DNA from: Octopus sinensis
Lineage: Eukaryota
NCBI RefSeq assembly: GCF_006345805.1
Contig: NC_043012.1
Location: forward strand, 7,254,001 to 7,318,000
Direction of reading: 5' to 3'
DNA length: 64,000 nt
Program-made: the position numbers and the translations under genes
The notes under the pieces: model-generated
What the model saw: the letters and a program-made list of their open reading frames with translations, nothing else
Told to the model about the DNA's origin: nothing
Database searches by the model: none
Shown: one piece after another, positions 1 to 12,322 of the stretch
Numbering within the stretch: the stretch's first letter is position 1
Layout of the letters: every line of letters begins with the position of its first letter

Positions 1-277
1 TGTTGTCTTGGAAAGGATCACAGAGAAACTCACACACAGGACCACAGAAAAATGGCAATAAATGTTGCATTAACACGTGCGCACTCACACACATACACAC
101 ACTTACACACACACATACACACACATACACACATACATACACACATACACACACATATACACATACACATACACACACATACACACACATATACACACAC
201 ATGCACACACATACACACGTACACACACGCACACATATGGTTCTATACGTCGTCTAGTTTCCTATCCACATACACAG

Positions 278-705
278 GTGTGGCTGTGTGTTAAGCGGTT
301 TTGCTTCACAACTGCATGGTTCCAGGTTCAATCCCACAGTGTGGTACCTTGGGCAAGTGTCTTCTACTATAGTCTCAGGCTGACCAAAGCTTTCTGAGTG
401 GATTTCTGAAAGAAGCCCGGAAACTGAAAGAAGCCCGTCGTATATATATAAATATGTGTGTGTATGTATATGTGTGTATATGTGAGAGAGAAAGAGTCTT
501 TGCGTTTGTTTACCTCACCAAAGCATGACAACCGGTGTTGGTGTGTTTACGCCCCGTAACTTAGTGGTTCAACAAAAGGCTCCGAAAGAAGATGCCAGGC
601 TTTAGAAAATAAATACTGGGGTCGATTCGTTCGGCTAAAATTCTTTAAAATGGCACTCCAGCATAGCCGCGGTCTAACGACCGAAACGAGTGAGCGATAA
701 AAGAT
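278..705 (+). mobile_element. SINE family A, diverged full copy with internal microsatellite
   Basis: Head, CCTTGGGCAAGTGTCTTCTACTATAG segment, internal TA/TG run and diverged tail all present. Confidence 0.8.
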
Positions 706-730
706 ACAAGAGATACGATTTCACGATTTC

Positions 731-899
731 CTGGTGGTAAGTAGCTTGCTTACCAACCACATGGTTCCGAGTTCAGTCCCGCTGCGTGGCACCTTGGGCA
801 AGTGTCTTCTACAATAGCCTCAAGCCGACCAAAGCCTTGTGATTGGATTTCGTAGATGGAAACTGAAAGAAGTCCATCGTATATATGTATATATATATA

Positions 900-945
<46 letters not shown>

Positions 946-947
946 TA
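731..947 (+). mobile_element. SINE family A, 5' half (tRNA head plus CORE-like segment); 3' half displaced to 3714-3985
   Basis: Matches the head of the intact copy at 38887-39342 (GGTAAGTAGCTTGCTTACCAACCACATGGTTCC...GAAAGAAG) and then runs into (TA)n. Confidence 0.85.
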
Positions 948-948
948 T

Positions 949-3702
949 TTTAGCAATTAAGGACAACTACTTAATAAGGAAAACTTAACAAGAAATTGTC
1001 AGGTAGATAGCGTAAAAACCTCATAAGAGAAAAAATTTCGAAAATAATTATTTCTTATTGAACATATTATTTATATATAGAGGGCATTATACATACATGC
1101 CAGGAGGCATTCTACAACACGCCATACGCTAAAGGGACAATCAGTCATTTCTACCAAAAATATTACTAATCCCACCGAATGCAATTTCAAAAGAAAGACA
1201 TTTAAAAATATATAGACCTGTATCACAGTGATTTCATACTTACGTAATCATCAGCAGGCCTGAATATACTAAAATAAACAAACGACCCTGCTTCGCTTAA
1301 GCCGATCAGCTAACTGATCAACATCAACGAAGCACATGGGTGGGTTTATATATACTATATCCGGATGAATGGCAAACTTTTACGAATTGCATTTCGGGAG
1401 AGGAAAAGTTTTTTCGGAATAAAAATTTAGCAATTAAGGACAACTACTTAATAAGGAAAACTTAACAAGAAATTGTCAGGTAGATAGCGTAAAAACCTCA
1501 TAAGAGAAAAAATTTCGAAAATAATTATTTCTTATTGAACATATTAATTTATATATAGAGGGCATTATACATACATGCCAGGAGGCATTCTACATACACG
1601 CCATCGCTAAGAGGACAATCAGTCATTTCTACCAAAAATATTACTAATCCCACCGAATGCAATTTTTCAAAGAAAGACATTTAAAAATATATAGACCTGT
1701 ATCACAGTGATTCATACTACGTAATCATCAGCAGGCTGAATATACTATAAATAAACAAACGACCTGCTTCGCTTAAGCCGATCAGCTAACTGATCAACAT
1801 CAACGAAGCACATGGGTGGGTTTATATATACTATATCCGGATGAATGGCAAACTTTTACGAATTGCATTTCGGGAGAGGAAAAGTTTTTTCGGAATAAAA
1901 ATTTAGCAATTAAGGACAACTACTTAATAAGGAAAACTTAACAAGAAATTGTCAGGTAGATAGCGTAAAAACCTCATAAGAGAAAAAATTTCGAAAATAA
2001 TTATCGAAAATAATTATCAGTTAGCTGATCGGCTTAAGCGAAGCAGGGTCGTTTGTTTATTTATAGTATATTCAGGCCTGCTGATGATTACGTAAGTATG
2101 AAATCACTGTGATACAGGTCTATATATTTTTAAATGTCTTTCTTTGAAAAATTGCATTCGGTGGGATTAGTAATTTTTTGGTAGAAATGACTGATTGTCC
2201 CTCTAGCGTATGGCGTGTATGTAGAATGCCTCCTGGCATGTATGTATAATGCCCTCTATATATATAAATAATATGTTCAATAAGAAATAATATTTTCGAA
2301 ATTTTTTCTCTTATGAGGTTTTTACGCTATCTACCTGACAATTCTTGTTAAGTTTTCCTTATTAAGTAGTTGTCCTTAATTGCTAAATTTTTATTCCGAA
2401 AAAAAACTTTTCCTCTCCCGAAATGCAATTCGTAAAAGTTTGCCATTCATCCGGATATAGTATATATAAACCCACCATGTTCTTCGTTGATGTTGATCAG
2501 TTAGCTGATCGGCTTAAGCGAAGCAGGGTCGTTTGTTTTATTATAGTATATTCAGGCCTGCTGATGATTACGTAAGTATGAAATCACTGTGATACAGGTC
2601 TATATATTTTTAAATGTCTTTCTTTGAAAAATTGCATTCGGTGGGATTAGTAATATTTTTGGTAGAAATGACTGATTGTCCCTCTTAGCGTATGGCGTGT
2701 ATGTAGAATGCTTCCTGGCATGTATGTATAATGCCCTCTATATATAAATTAATATGTTCAATAACAAATAATTATTTTCGAAATTTTTTCTCTTATGAGG
2801 TTTTTACGCTATCTACCTGACAATTTCTTGTTAAGTTTTCCTTATTAAGTAGTTGTCCTTAATTGCTAAATTTTTATTCCGAAAAAACTTTTCCTCTCCC
2901 GAAATGCAATTCGTAAAAGTTTGCCATCCATCCGGATATAGTATATATAAACCCACCCATGTGCTTCGTTGATGTTGATCAGTTAGCTGATCGGCTTAAG
3001 CGAAGCAGGGTCGTTTGTTTATTTATAGTATATTCAGGCCTGCTGATGATTACGTAAGTATGAAATCACTGTGATACAGGTCTATATATTTTTAAATGTC
3101 TTTCTTTGAAAAATTGCATTCGGTGGGATTAGTAATATTTTTGGTAGAAATGACTGATTGTCCCTCTTAGCGTATGGCGTGTATGTAGAATGCCTCCTGG
3201 CATGTATGTATAATGCCCTCTATATATAAATTAATATGTTCAATAAGAAATAATTATTTTCGAAATTTTTTCTCTTATGAGGTTTTTACGCTATCTACCT
3301 GACAATTTCTTGTTAAGTTTTCCTTATTAAGTAGTTGTCCTTAATTGCTAAATTTTTATTCCGAAAAAACTTTTCCTCTCCCGAAATGCAATTCGTAAAA
3401 GTTTGCCATTCATCCGGATATAGTATATATAAACCCACCCATGTGCTTCGTTGATGTTGATCAGTTAGCTGATCGGCTTAAGCGAAGCAGGGTCGTTTGT
3501 TTATTATAGTATATTCAGGCCTGCTGATGATTACGTAAGTATGAATCACTGTGATACAGGTCTATATATTTTTAAATGTCTTTCTTTGAAAAATTGCATT
3601 CGGTGGGATTAGTAATATTTTTTTGGTAGAAATGACTGATTGTCCCTCTTAGCGTATGGCGTGTATGTAGAATGCCTCCTGGCATGTATGTATAATGCCC
3701 TC

Positions 3703-3713
<11 letters not shown>
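949..3713 (+). repeat. ~480-bp tandem array with internal inversion (about 2.2 units reversed at 949-2016, about 3.5 units direct at 2017-3713); hammerhead-bearing, retrozyme/PLE-pLTR-like
   Basis: TTTAGCAATTAAGG recurs at 949, 1426, 1902. Reverse-complement units start TCAGTTAGCTGATC at 2017, 2497, 2979, 3461. Both outer ends abut (TA)n. No sizeable ORF. Confidence 0.9.
2074..2121 (+). ncRNA. Type I hammerhead ribozyme (array unit); further copies at 2554-2601, 3036-3083, 3517-3563 (+) and 1214-1261, 1693-1737 (-)
   Basis: AGGCCUG-CUGAUGA-UUAC[GUAA]GUAU-GAAA-UCAC U GUGAU-A-CAGGUCU: 7-bp stem I (one G.U), intact core, short stem II with a U.U first pair, stem III AUCA/UGAU, AUA triplet (predicted cut after 2114). 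Copies at 3517 and 1693 have single-base deletions. Confidence 0.8.
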
Positions 3714-3759
<46 letters not shown>

Positions 3760-3985
3760 ATATGTTTGTGTGTTTGTGTTTGTCATCCCCCCCCCCCAAC
3801 ATCGCTTGACAACCGATGGTGGTGTATATACGTCCCCGTAACTTAGCGCTTCGGCAAAGGAGAACGATGGAATAAGTACTAGGCTTCCAAAGAATAAGTC
3901 CTGAGGTTGATTTACTCGACTGAAGGCGGTGCTCCAGCATGGCCGCAGTTAAATGACTAAAACAAGTAAAAAAGAGTAAAAGAGT
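3714..3985 (+). mobile_element. SINE family A, 3' half
   Basis: GCTTGACAACCGATG...GGCGGTGCTCCAGCATGGCCGCAG...AAGAGTAAAAGAG matches the 3' half of the 38887-39342 copy. Confidence 0.85.
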
Positions 3986-5465
3986 ATATATTTATGACAT
4001 TCTCGCAAACGAGCATTTTAACTCTTTCATTGCGAAGTTAAATTTCCTGATCGATCCAGGAATGATATTAAATATATGTTTAAAAAATAGAATTGGCGTT
4101 TTCTGTAAGTCACGATTCCTCAGTAAATTTGATATATCTCAACAAAAAGTAGTTTCAGAAATAACGTTCCTCCACAAAAGATAGATCGATATGTAAAACT
4201 CTTTTGTGCAGTTAAAGGTAATGGAATTTTGAGTGGAGATATCTGATTTCCGTAGCAAAAGGGTTAAAAATCCTTTAATAACATTTGCAAACATATCATA
4301 AAAAATATAACTGAACACAAATACCGATAAGTGGATCAATAAATGTTGAATAAAAAGACACCCTCTTATCATAAAAACAGGTAATGAAAAGTCAGAAAAC
4401 TAGCAGCCAATCAGCAAGCGCAAAAGACAAATCAATGGCGAAAGGGAAGTATGAGATTACATTCACACATAGGAGTATAAAAACTGCCAAAGTCGAATTG
4501 TAACAGTTCTCGCCTGACGATCGCAGAAACATGAGACTTGAGGCGCAATATAAAATATCAGTCCCAATAAACCATTTACTCTACAATATCTTCTGAACAC
4601 TATTCTCTCTTCCATTCGACACAATTCATCATCTGTATGTGTGTGTGTGTGTGTGTTTGTGTGTGTATGTATGCACATACTCAGCTCTGAATAGACAAAA
4701 CTAATATTACTGCCATAGTTGCGAATACGGATATACATTTTAATAGGACAGACAGACGGACAGACGAATGGATAAACGAATATAATCATGACGATAATTT
4801 CTTTTTAAGTATTTCTTAATCAAACAAATATTGAAATTATTTTACAACAGAGTCAAAAAAACTCGTTTGATCATTGTCCCACCATCAAGTTTCGATTCAT
4901 TCTTATAGATTACCATCTTCTAGAATTAGAACTAGCCAATAGATAAAACTGACAGCATTGAAGATATTATAATCGATATCCAGTCGGGTAAACCAGCAAC
5001 TCTCAATCATTTTTGCACCATGGACCGGTTTCGTAAACAATTTTTCCACGGACTTGACGATCGTGCGCATAACAAAACACAATAGACGGCGGCCTTGTCC
5101 CAACTGATCTTTGCAACCCTGCACCAAGTGACACATGGCTTAGTATTGTCCACATCCCGGTAACTGGAGACCCCTGAGTTTAACGACTGAAGACTAGCTC
5201 TTCGTATTTTGTTAAGTGTTGCGCCATATCAATAGCAAAACCATGTAACAAGGTCTCGTTCGTCTGGCTTCAAGTAGGTGTCATGCGTTGTCAGCAATGT
5301 GTACCACGAATTCTAAGAGCACTCTGTATATTCAAATGAGTATTTCACGCTTGCTTGTTCTGGTGAGTCTAAATTCTTTTCTCATCTGAACACAGACGGA
5401 AATGCTCGCACTGCAGCAATATTTAACCTCTTCTGTTCACAGACACACCAAAAGGCAATAAATTG

Positions 5466-6225
5466 TGTGGGGGGGGGCAGTGGTGGTGGAGGAGTAGGAG
5501 GAGGTGGCGGCGGTGGTGGTGGTTGTGGTGGTGTTCGAGGAGGTGGTGCTGGTAGTGGTGGTGATAGTGGAGGTGGTAGTGGTGGTGGTAGTGGGGGTGG
5601 TGGTGATAGTAGTGGTGGTAGTAGTAGCGGTTATGATGGTGATGGTGGTTATGATGATAACGTTAATGATGATGATGATGGTGGGGGTGGGGGTGGTAGT
5701 GGTAGTGGGGGTGGTGGTAGTTGTGGTGGTCATGATGGTGGTGGTGTTCGTGATTTAGTGAGGATTATGGAAATTATAGACATGGCGGTTTTGGTGTTGG
5801 TTCTGGTAGTGTGGTAATTATCGGTTGATATGATGTGGCAGTGATGGCTGTGGCAACGGTGATGGTGGTGGCGGTGATAGTAATAGCTAGCGTGGTCGCG
5901 GTGGTAGGGACGGTAGTAAAAGTTTCGACTGTAGTAACAACTGTAGGATGATGGTGGTGGTGACTGTCGAGGTGGTGTTGTGTAAAATGTAGTATACGTG
6001 TGTTGGTCGTAGAGGTGATAGTTGTGATACAAAGCACAGTTACGGTGGTAGTGGTGGTGTTGGTGGTGGTGGTAGGGGAAGTGTAGTGGTGGTTGAGATG
6101 GTGATGGTAGTGGTGGTGGTGGTAATGGGGGTGGTGATGTTGGTGGTGGTAGTGATGATGGTTGTGATGATGGTAGGGGTGATGGTGAAAATGATGGTAG
6201 TGGTGATGGTAGTGTAGATCTTAAA
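5466..6225. repeat. (GGT)/(GAT)/(AGT) low-complexity tract
   Basis: Degenerate trinucleotide repeats giving poly-G/V/T ORFs in several frames on both strands. Confidence 0.9.
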
Positions 6226-6324
6226 TACCAAACAATCGATCGATGTATTTGATACTACAGTACTACGGTATTTGCATGTGGTGTGCAGAAAGGCCCCGTA
6301 AGATATTCCTCCAGTCGTATACAC

Positions 6325-6398
<74 letters not shown>

Positions 6399-7021
6399 TA
6401 CACACGCCACATATGTATATTTCGTTATTAGCGACGAATGCAGTACTAGTTCAAAACAGCATCCTGGGTATCTTACTGAACGTGGGTATACTGTGAGAAT
6501 CCACAGTACTTCGATATTTTTCTTGAAAGGGTATCTCTTATAGATGAACAGTACTAAAAAGCACAGAAGTACATCAGTAGCAGACAAAACCTATCCAGCG
6601 GAGGCGGTGGAATAGCTTAATCCAGATTTCTGCATATTTGCGCGTCATCAGTGATAAGCACATGCTAACAACCAGACCGAAGTTTCGTTATTTACCATAT
6701 CACACTTGGGACCTTAACTTATTTACATTTATGTGGTGATAGTCATGGTGTTAATTGTGTTAGTGGTAGCGTTGATGGTGGTTACGGTGATAGTTGTTAT
6801 AGCTGAAGCGTTAGTAGTGACGGAGTTATCATAGGGATTGCTGTAATACGTTGTTGTTGTTGTTGTTGGCGGTTTTTTTCGTGGTGGGGATGGAAGTGGT
6901 GTTTGTAGGAGTGGAGTTGGTGGTTTGATGCTGGTTGTGATGGCAGTGTGTTGGCAGATTTAGAGATATGTCACTGAAAATCACACATAGAAATGGTAGG
7001 TATCATGGTAGACCAAAGAGA

Positions 7022-7097
7022 AGGTTTATGGGATTGCCTTAGGTTTCACGTCCATAAAGGGGTTAGCTTTATGTCGTATCATCAGATCCCAAAACCT
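7022..7097 (-). ncRNA. Type I hammerhead with extended stem II and a U16.1C change
   Basis: Minus strand: AGGUUUU-GGGAU-CUGAUGA-U-ACG-A-CAUAAAG[CUAACCC]CUUUAUG-GA-CGU-GAAA-CC[UAA]GG-CA-AUCCC-AUAAACCU. The triplet reads GCA rather than GUA. Confidence 0.7.
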
Positions 7098-7257
7098 GTT
7101 GGTTAAAGGCCTCTCTAGATGAGTGGCCTCTCTAGAAAATGGAGGCGGAAAGGACTCCGTTACTCAATGTCAATAAAGGGGATTGTCTCCCCTTGGCTAT
7201 CGACCACCGATATCAACAAAGGGGATTGTATGTCTTTGGCTATCGATCACCGGTGAC

Positions 7258-7616
7258 CCTATTACCCCGTGGGTTCCAATAGGCTAACAGAAATTTCCTA
7301 AAATGTAAGCACATAATTATATATATATATATGCGCGCGCGTGTGTGTGTAAGTGCATGCATGTATGCATGTATGCATGTGTGTATGTATATTCATATAT
7401 ATTTATACATATATATATAATATATATAATTATATATATATATATATATAATATATATTATATATATCCTATTACCCCGTGGGTTCCAATAGGCTAACAG
7501 AAATTTCCTAAAATGTAAGCACATAATTATATATATATATATGCGCGCGCGTGTGTGTGTAAGTGCATGCATGTATGCATGTATGCATGTGTGTATGTAT
7601 ATATTCATATATATTT

Positions 7617-7640
<24 letters not shown>
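7258..7640 (+). repeat. 210-bp direct duplication whose unit ends in (TA)n
   Basis: CCTATTACCCCGTGGGTTCCAATAGG... at 7258 and 7468. Confidence 0.9.
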
Positions 7641-7664
<24 letters not shown>

Positions 7665-7669
7665 TATAT

Positions 7670-7762
<93 letters not shown>

Positions 7763-8087
7763 GCATTATATATATATATATGTATATATATACATACATA
7801 TATAAGTATATATATGTTTGGATGTATGTATGTATTTATGTATGTAAGTATGTATTATGAATGTATGTATGTATGTATGTATGGTAGTTGTAGTTGTGAT
7901 GTGGTAGTTATGGTAAGTGGAGCGACGCTATGGTAATGGTGGTACTAGCTTCAGAGAAGTGGTAGTAGATATTACAAGGGAGAAGTAAAGATACTTTCCC
8001 TGTTGCTCTTCGTTCTTGGCGTCTGACTGAATTTTCTCGCATTTTACCGATCAATGCAATAGAGTAAGGACACACACGCGCGCACAC

Positions 8088-8126
<39 letters not shown>

Positions 8127-9418
8127 TACAAACACACATCAATGCACACAAATACGCGCATACACACACACACTCACGTACGCGCATACACATTGACGGA
8201 CAGAAACAGAGACGGAAAAAAAGCAAGTAAACAAATATGCGGTGGATATGACCAGAGTTGTCGTTCATCGGAGTAAAACGGAAATTGTCTATTTGTTTGA
8301 TGATAGTTGGACTTGCTGAGATGGATTTTTCTATCAGGAGAAAGAAAAAAAACGAGCAGACGAGCGACAGGAAGAACGAACGAAAAAATAAAAACGAATG
8401 AACGAACAAATATATGAATGAGCGATTGAATGAAGTATGAAAGAAAGCGGCAGATTTCTGAAAACAACCTCAGCTAGATGTATTCAATACAATTTTCTTT
8501 CTCCAACCACAAACCATTTTATAAGAATACACAGCGTTATGGGGTTTAACAATACGAACGTACATCTCATTTGTTAAGATGGCGCTCGTTGACAGAACTA
8601 AGATAAATATAGTTCTCCATTAGGTAACTAATTTTCTCGTCTCGAAGACAATTAGACGTAATAGGAAAACGATCTCCGCGTGTAGTGTACAATTGCAATA
8701 TCTTTCCATCAGTATTGATCTAATCAATATATCGATGAAGATGTTCAACAGTGATAATCATTTAAAGATATAGTTATCGGCTGTCGTCTGCTTAATACGC
8801 GCGATTTATTCATTTGACATCTAGAGAATGGAAGAATGAAATCTCTCACTCTCTCTTTTCCATACAATTTTATCTCTCTGTTAACAGAAAAGGTGGCGTT
8901 GGTTAGAATATCAAGGGAGGGTGCTTAAACAAAAAAAAAAAACAACAGAGGGAAATGTAAAATATTATCTTTATGGATAACGTAATATCATTTGAATACA
9001 ATAGCTTGGAACAATAATTTCTTAAACAATTGTTTAGCAAAGATTGCTGAACGATTGTCTTTTCGTGACGTACATAAAGGTCATTCTTCATCAATGCAAA
9101 GAAATACTAATACAGCGGCATTTATAACTCCAAGATTGAAAGTCAGATGGCTGAGTTGATAGTGTACTGGACTGTCAGGTAAAAGGTCGGCTGTTCGAAC
9201 TTTGACATTGGTGTAGTTTATCCTAATTAACAAAAAATAAATAAAAGAAACTATAGCACAAATAAAGAAACAACAGCACAAGGTGGTACAAAGTCAACTA
9301 GTATTTTATTAATTTGTAGTACTAAGTTCAAATCTTCAGGGAATATGTTAGTGTCAAGTAGACTTACCATCTACCTATTTATGTCCGTTGCCTGCTTGCG
9401 TGTATTACCCTCACTAAA

Positions 9419-9800
9419 GGAGGCGCAATGGCCCAGTGGTTAGGGCAGCGGACTCGCGGTCGTACGATCGCGGTTTTGATTCCCAGACCGGGCGTTGTGA
9501 GTGTTTATTGAGCGAAAACACCTAAAGCTCCACGAGGCTCCGGCAGGGGATGGTGGTGATCCCTGCTGTACTCTTTCACCACAACTTTCTCTCACTCTTA
9601 CTTCCTGTTTCTGTTGTACCTGTATTTCAAAGGGCCGGCCTTGTCACTCTCTGTGTCACGCTGAATATCCCCGAGAACTACGTTAAGGGTACACGTGTCT
9701 GTGGAGTGCTCAGCCACTTACACGTTAATTTCACGAGCAGGCTGTTCCGTTGATTCGGATCAACCGGAACCCTCGTCGTCGTAACCGACGGAGTGCTTCC
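9419..9800 (+). mobile_element. SINE family D, tRNA-derived (diverged 3' part also at about 26520-26735)
   Basis: A box TGGCCCAGTGG and B-box-like GGTTTTGATTCC. The body CTGTGTCACGCTGAAT...CACGTTAATTTC...GACGGAGTGC is shared with the 26.6-kb copy. Confidence 0.8.
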
Positions 9801-11220
9801 GTTATTACCCTCACACTGAAAAAGGGCTTAGGAGATCCATAACAATTTTTCGTTTGCTTCGGCTCGTGATTTGATTATTCTTAAACCTGCCAGGTGCTAT
9901 CCTGTTTCATTTCTACCGCCTTTATCGAAGGTCACTGATGAAGTAGGTCGTAATTTCCGCTTAAAGAAATATATCTTATCTTTGTGCTATGTAAGTAACT
10001 TCGAACCTTTTCCCACTTGAATCATAGATCGCAATTTTGTTTTAGATCAACACAAATGTAGTTTTTTGCATACAAATTACAAAAATCACATTTTATTTTA
10101 GAAATTAATAATTAAACAGTTACGAACATTTAGAGATTTAAGTTTTGAAATTTTCAGCCAATCAGAAGCCTCCGTTATCGACGTACCAGAAATCGCAATT
10201 GCCACGTGTTTTCATAGCAACCAAAGTTCACGTAGCAAATAAACCGGTGCAAATTCTCATGAGTGACAACACAATGGTGAATTTAAGTAGTTTATGTGAT
10301 AAATCGAAGATGGAGGATGACGCTGTAAGACATCTTGAAGAGAAGAAAATACTAAAAAATAGATCTGTTGCAGAAAACACGAGATAAATATAAAAGTTGT
10401 TGGTGGCGAATTTCATGGCAAAAAATTATTCTTCCCTCAACGATGGTGGTGGAATCCGTATTAACAAAGACTTTATCTAAACAATGAAAGTGTGTGATTT
10501 CGAGGGGAATAATCGGTTATCGGTGACTTTTGTTCTCATGCTTTTATTTGATCAACCCAGGAACCATCAATGATGTAACAACTGAATGGTTGATACTTAT
10601 TAATGACAAATTCCACCAACCAATAACCAGAAACAATATAGAAGTAGGACTTAATAAAGAGTGATGGAAAACGTAAAAACGAGGATATTATAACGATAAA
10701 ATCCTACACTGGCATTTTAGATCGTTACCGGTTAAGGAAATCAGCAGAAATGATGGTTGCATCGACATTTTCTTTTTTATTCGCCCTTTTTATTCCTTGG
10801 TATAATTTGTCCTATAGTATAGGCATTTTTATTTGACTGAGTTTTATTTTCTTTTTAGTTTTAAGAGGGAAAAATATAGAAATTTTTGATATTGATGATT
10901 TGCTCACTGACTAAATAAAACTGAGTTACAAACGGCTTAAATAAACAGAATTGTCTTCAGGTGAAAACTGAAACTATATCGACAGACTCAGGTTGCGACC
11001 TTCACTCATCTTTTACTTCTTCAGTCACCGAATTGCTGTTATGTTGAAGCCCATCTTAAAGGATTCGTTCGAAGAAAGTCTACCCCAGGGCTTATTTTTG
11101 GTACGTATACCGTCAGACAACTTTGCCGAACCGATAAGTTATTGAAACGTAACCAAACCAACACTGGCTGTCAAGTTGTGGCGGGGAACAACCATCAAGA
11201 TATATGTATATATAAATTAT

Positions 11221-11517
11221 AATTTTGGTTATTTAAGAGATACCACCACGCTGGAAATAGCAGCCAAAACTTGACTCTAAAACCACATTAAATGTTCATA
11301 CAGCACCAGTAATTTTTTGCTAGATTATTTTGTCCTTTGTCTTTTCTTCTGGTGCTGTATGAACATTTAATGAGGTTTTAGAGTCAAGTTTTGGCTGCTA
11401 TTTCCAGCGTGGTGGTATCTCTTAGACACCTTATATTAAAATTTTAATAATAATTATTACCATTGAAGGTTTTTATTCCCATTTAAATTAACGATCTTAT
11501 CCTTATTTATATAAATT

Positions 11518-11520
<3 letters not shown>
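11221..11520. repeat. Fold-back element with 76-bp arms (11234-11309 and 11349-11424), 39-bp spacer, between TA-rich runs
   Basis: Arms differ at one position. A related single arm lies at about 51079-51145. Confidence 0.85.
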
Positions 11521-11571
<51 letters not shown>

Positions 11572-11925
11572 TATAATATACGACGAGATTCCACACAGTT
11601 TCCATCCATGAAATTCATACACCAAAGTCATGGTTGGCTTGGGGCTCAAAGAGAAGTTATTTGCCCAAGTTGCCACGCAGTGGAACCCGAACGCAAAATC
11701 CCATAGCTGCAAAATTGAGCTTCTTAGCCATGTAGCCAGCCCTGCATTCTCAGAAAGAAACATAAGCAGAACGATTGAAATCTATTTGTAAAATATTTTA
11801 CCTTGAAATAGCCGACATCTGTTCAAAAATCATTTTATCGATCAAGAAATTTTTTTTTGTGGTGGATATGAAAAAATCATGCCTACAGGAGATGTTAAGA
11901 AAGTATTGCAGAATCAGAAAATATC

Positions 11926-12143
11926 CTTTTCTACTCTAGGCACAAGGCCCGACATTTTCGGGGAGGGGCGGCAGTCGATTAGATGGACCCCCTCAGTGCG
12001 CAGCTGGTACTTAATTTATCGACCCCGAAAGGACGAAGGGAAAAGTCGACCTCAGCGGAATTTGAACTCAGAACCTAAAGACAGATGAAATACCGCTAAG
12101 AATTTCGCCCGGCTTGCTAACGTTTCTGGCAGCTCGCCGCCTT
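11926..12143 (-). mobile_element. SINE family B with 17-bp target-site duplication
   Basis: tRNA-like head (GGCGAGCTG...GAGTTCAAATTCC) and CCTTTCGGGGTCGATAAATTAAGTACCAG core. CAGAATCAGAAAATATC is repeated at 11909-11925 and 12144-12160. Confidence 0.9.
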
Positions 12144-12210
12144 CAGAATCAGAAAATATCAATTATATAAATATATAATATATGTATCTGTGTGTGTGTG
12201 TGTGTGTGTA

Positions 12211-12245
<35 letters not shown>

Positions 12246-12275
12246 ATGTATGTACGTATGTATGTATGTATGTAT

Positions 12276-12312
<37 letters not shown>

Positions 12313-12322
<10 letters not shown>

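Noticed and set aside
3-397. His/Thr-, Tyr/Ile- and Cys/Val-rich ORFs here and throughout the track
   Set aside because: Translations of (CA)n, (TA)n and (TACA)n microsatellites, open in several frames on both strands.
949-3713. Array read as CRISPR, Helitron or a pure fold-back artefact
   Set aside because: No spacers and no clear Helitron ends; the junction is not a mirror point and the SINE flanks are collinear. Read-level confirmation is still needed.
4505-4545. CUGACGA...GAAAC look-alikes (also about 6615-6655, 21985-22022, 63340-63390)
   Set aside because: Stem I or stem II cannot be paired, or the core is broken.
4903-5136. ORF containing GCKDQL, and a GAAACCGGTC hammerhead-like 3' half on the minus strand
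   Set aside because: No other RT motifs, and no CUGANGA core at the right position.
5437-6393. Gly-rich or mucin-like ORFs
   Set aside because: Degenerate GGT/GAT repeats open in overlapping frames; no splice or codon evidence.
10300-10440. Possible Crypton-like N-terminal remnant (EEKKILKNRSVAENTR)
   Set aside because: Short and interrupted by stops, with no recombinase motifs.
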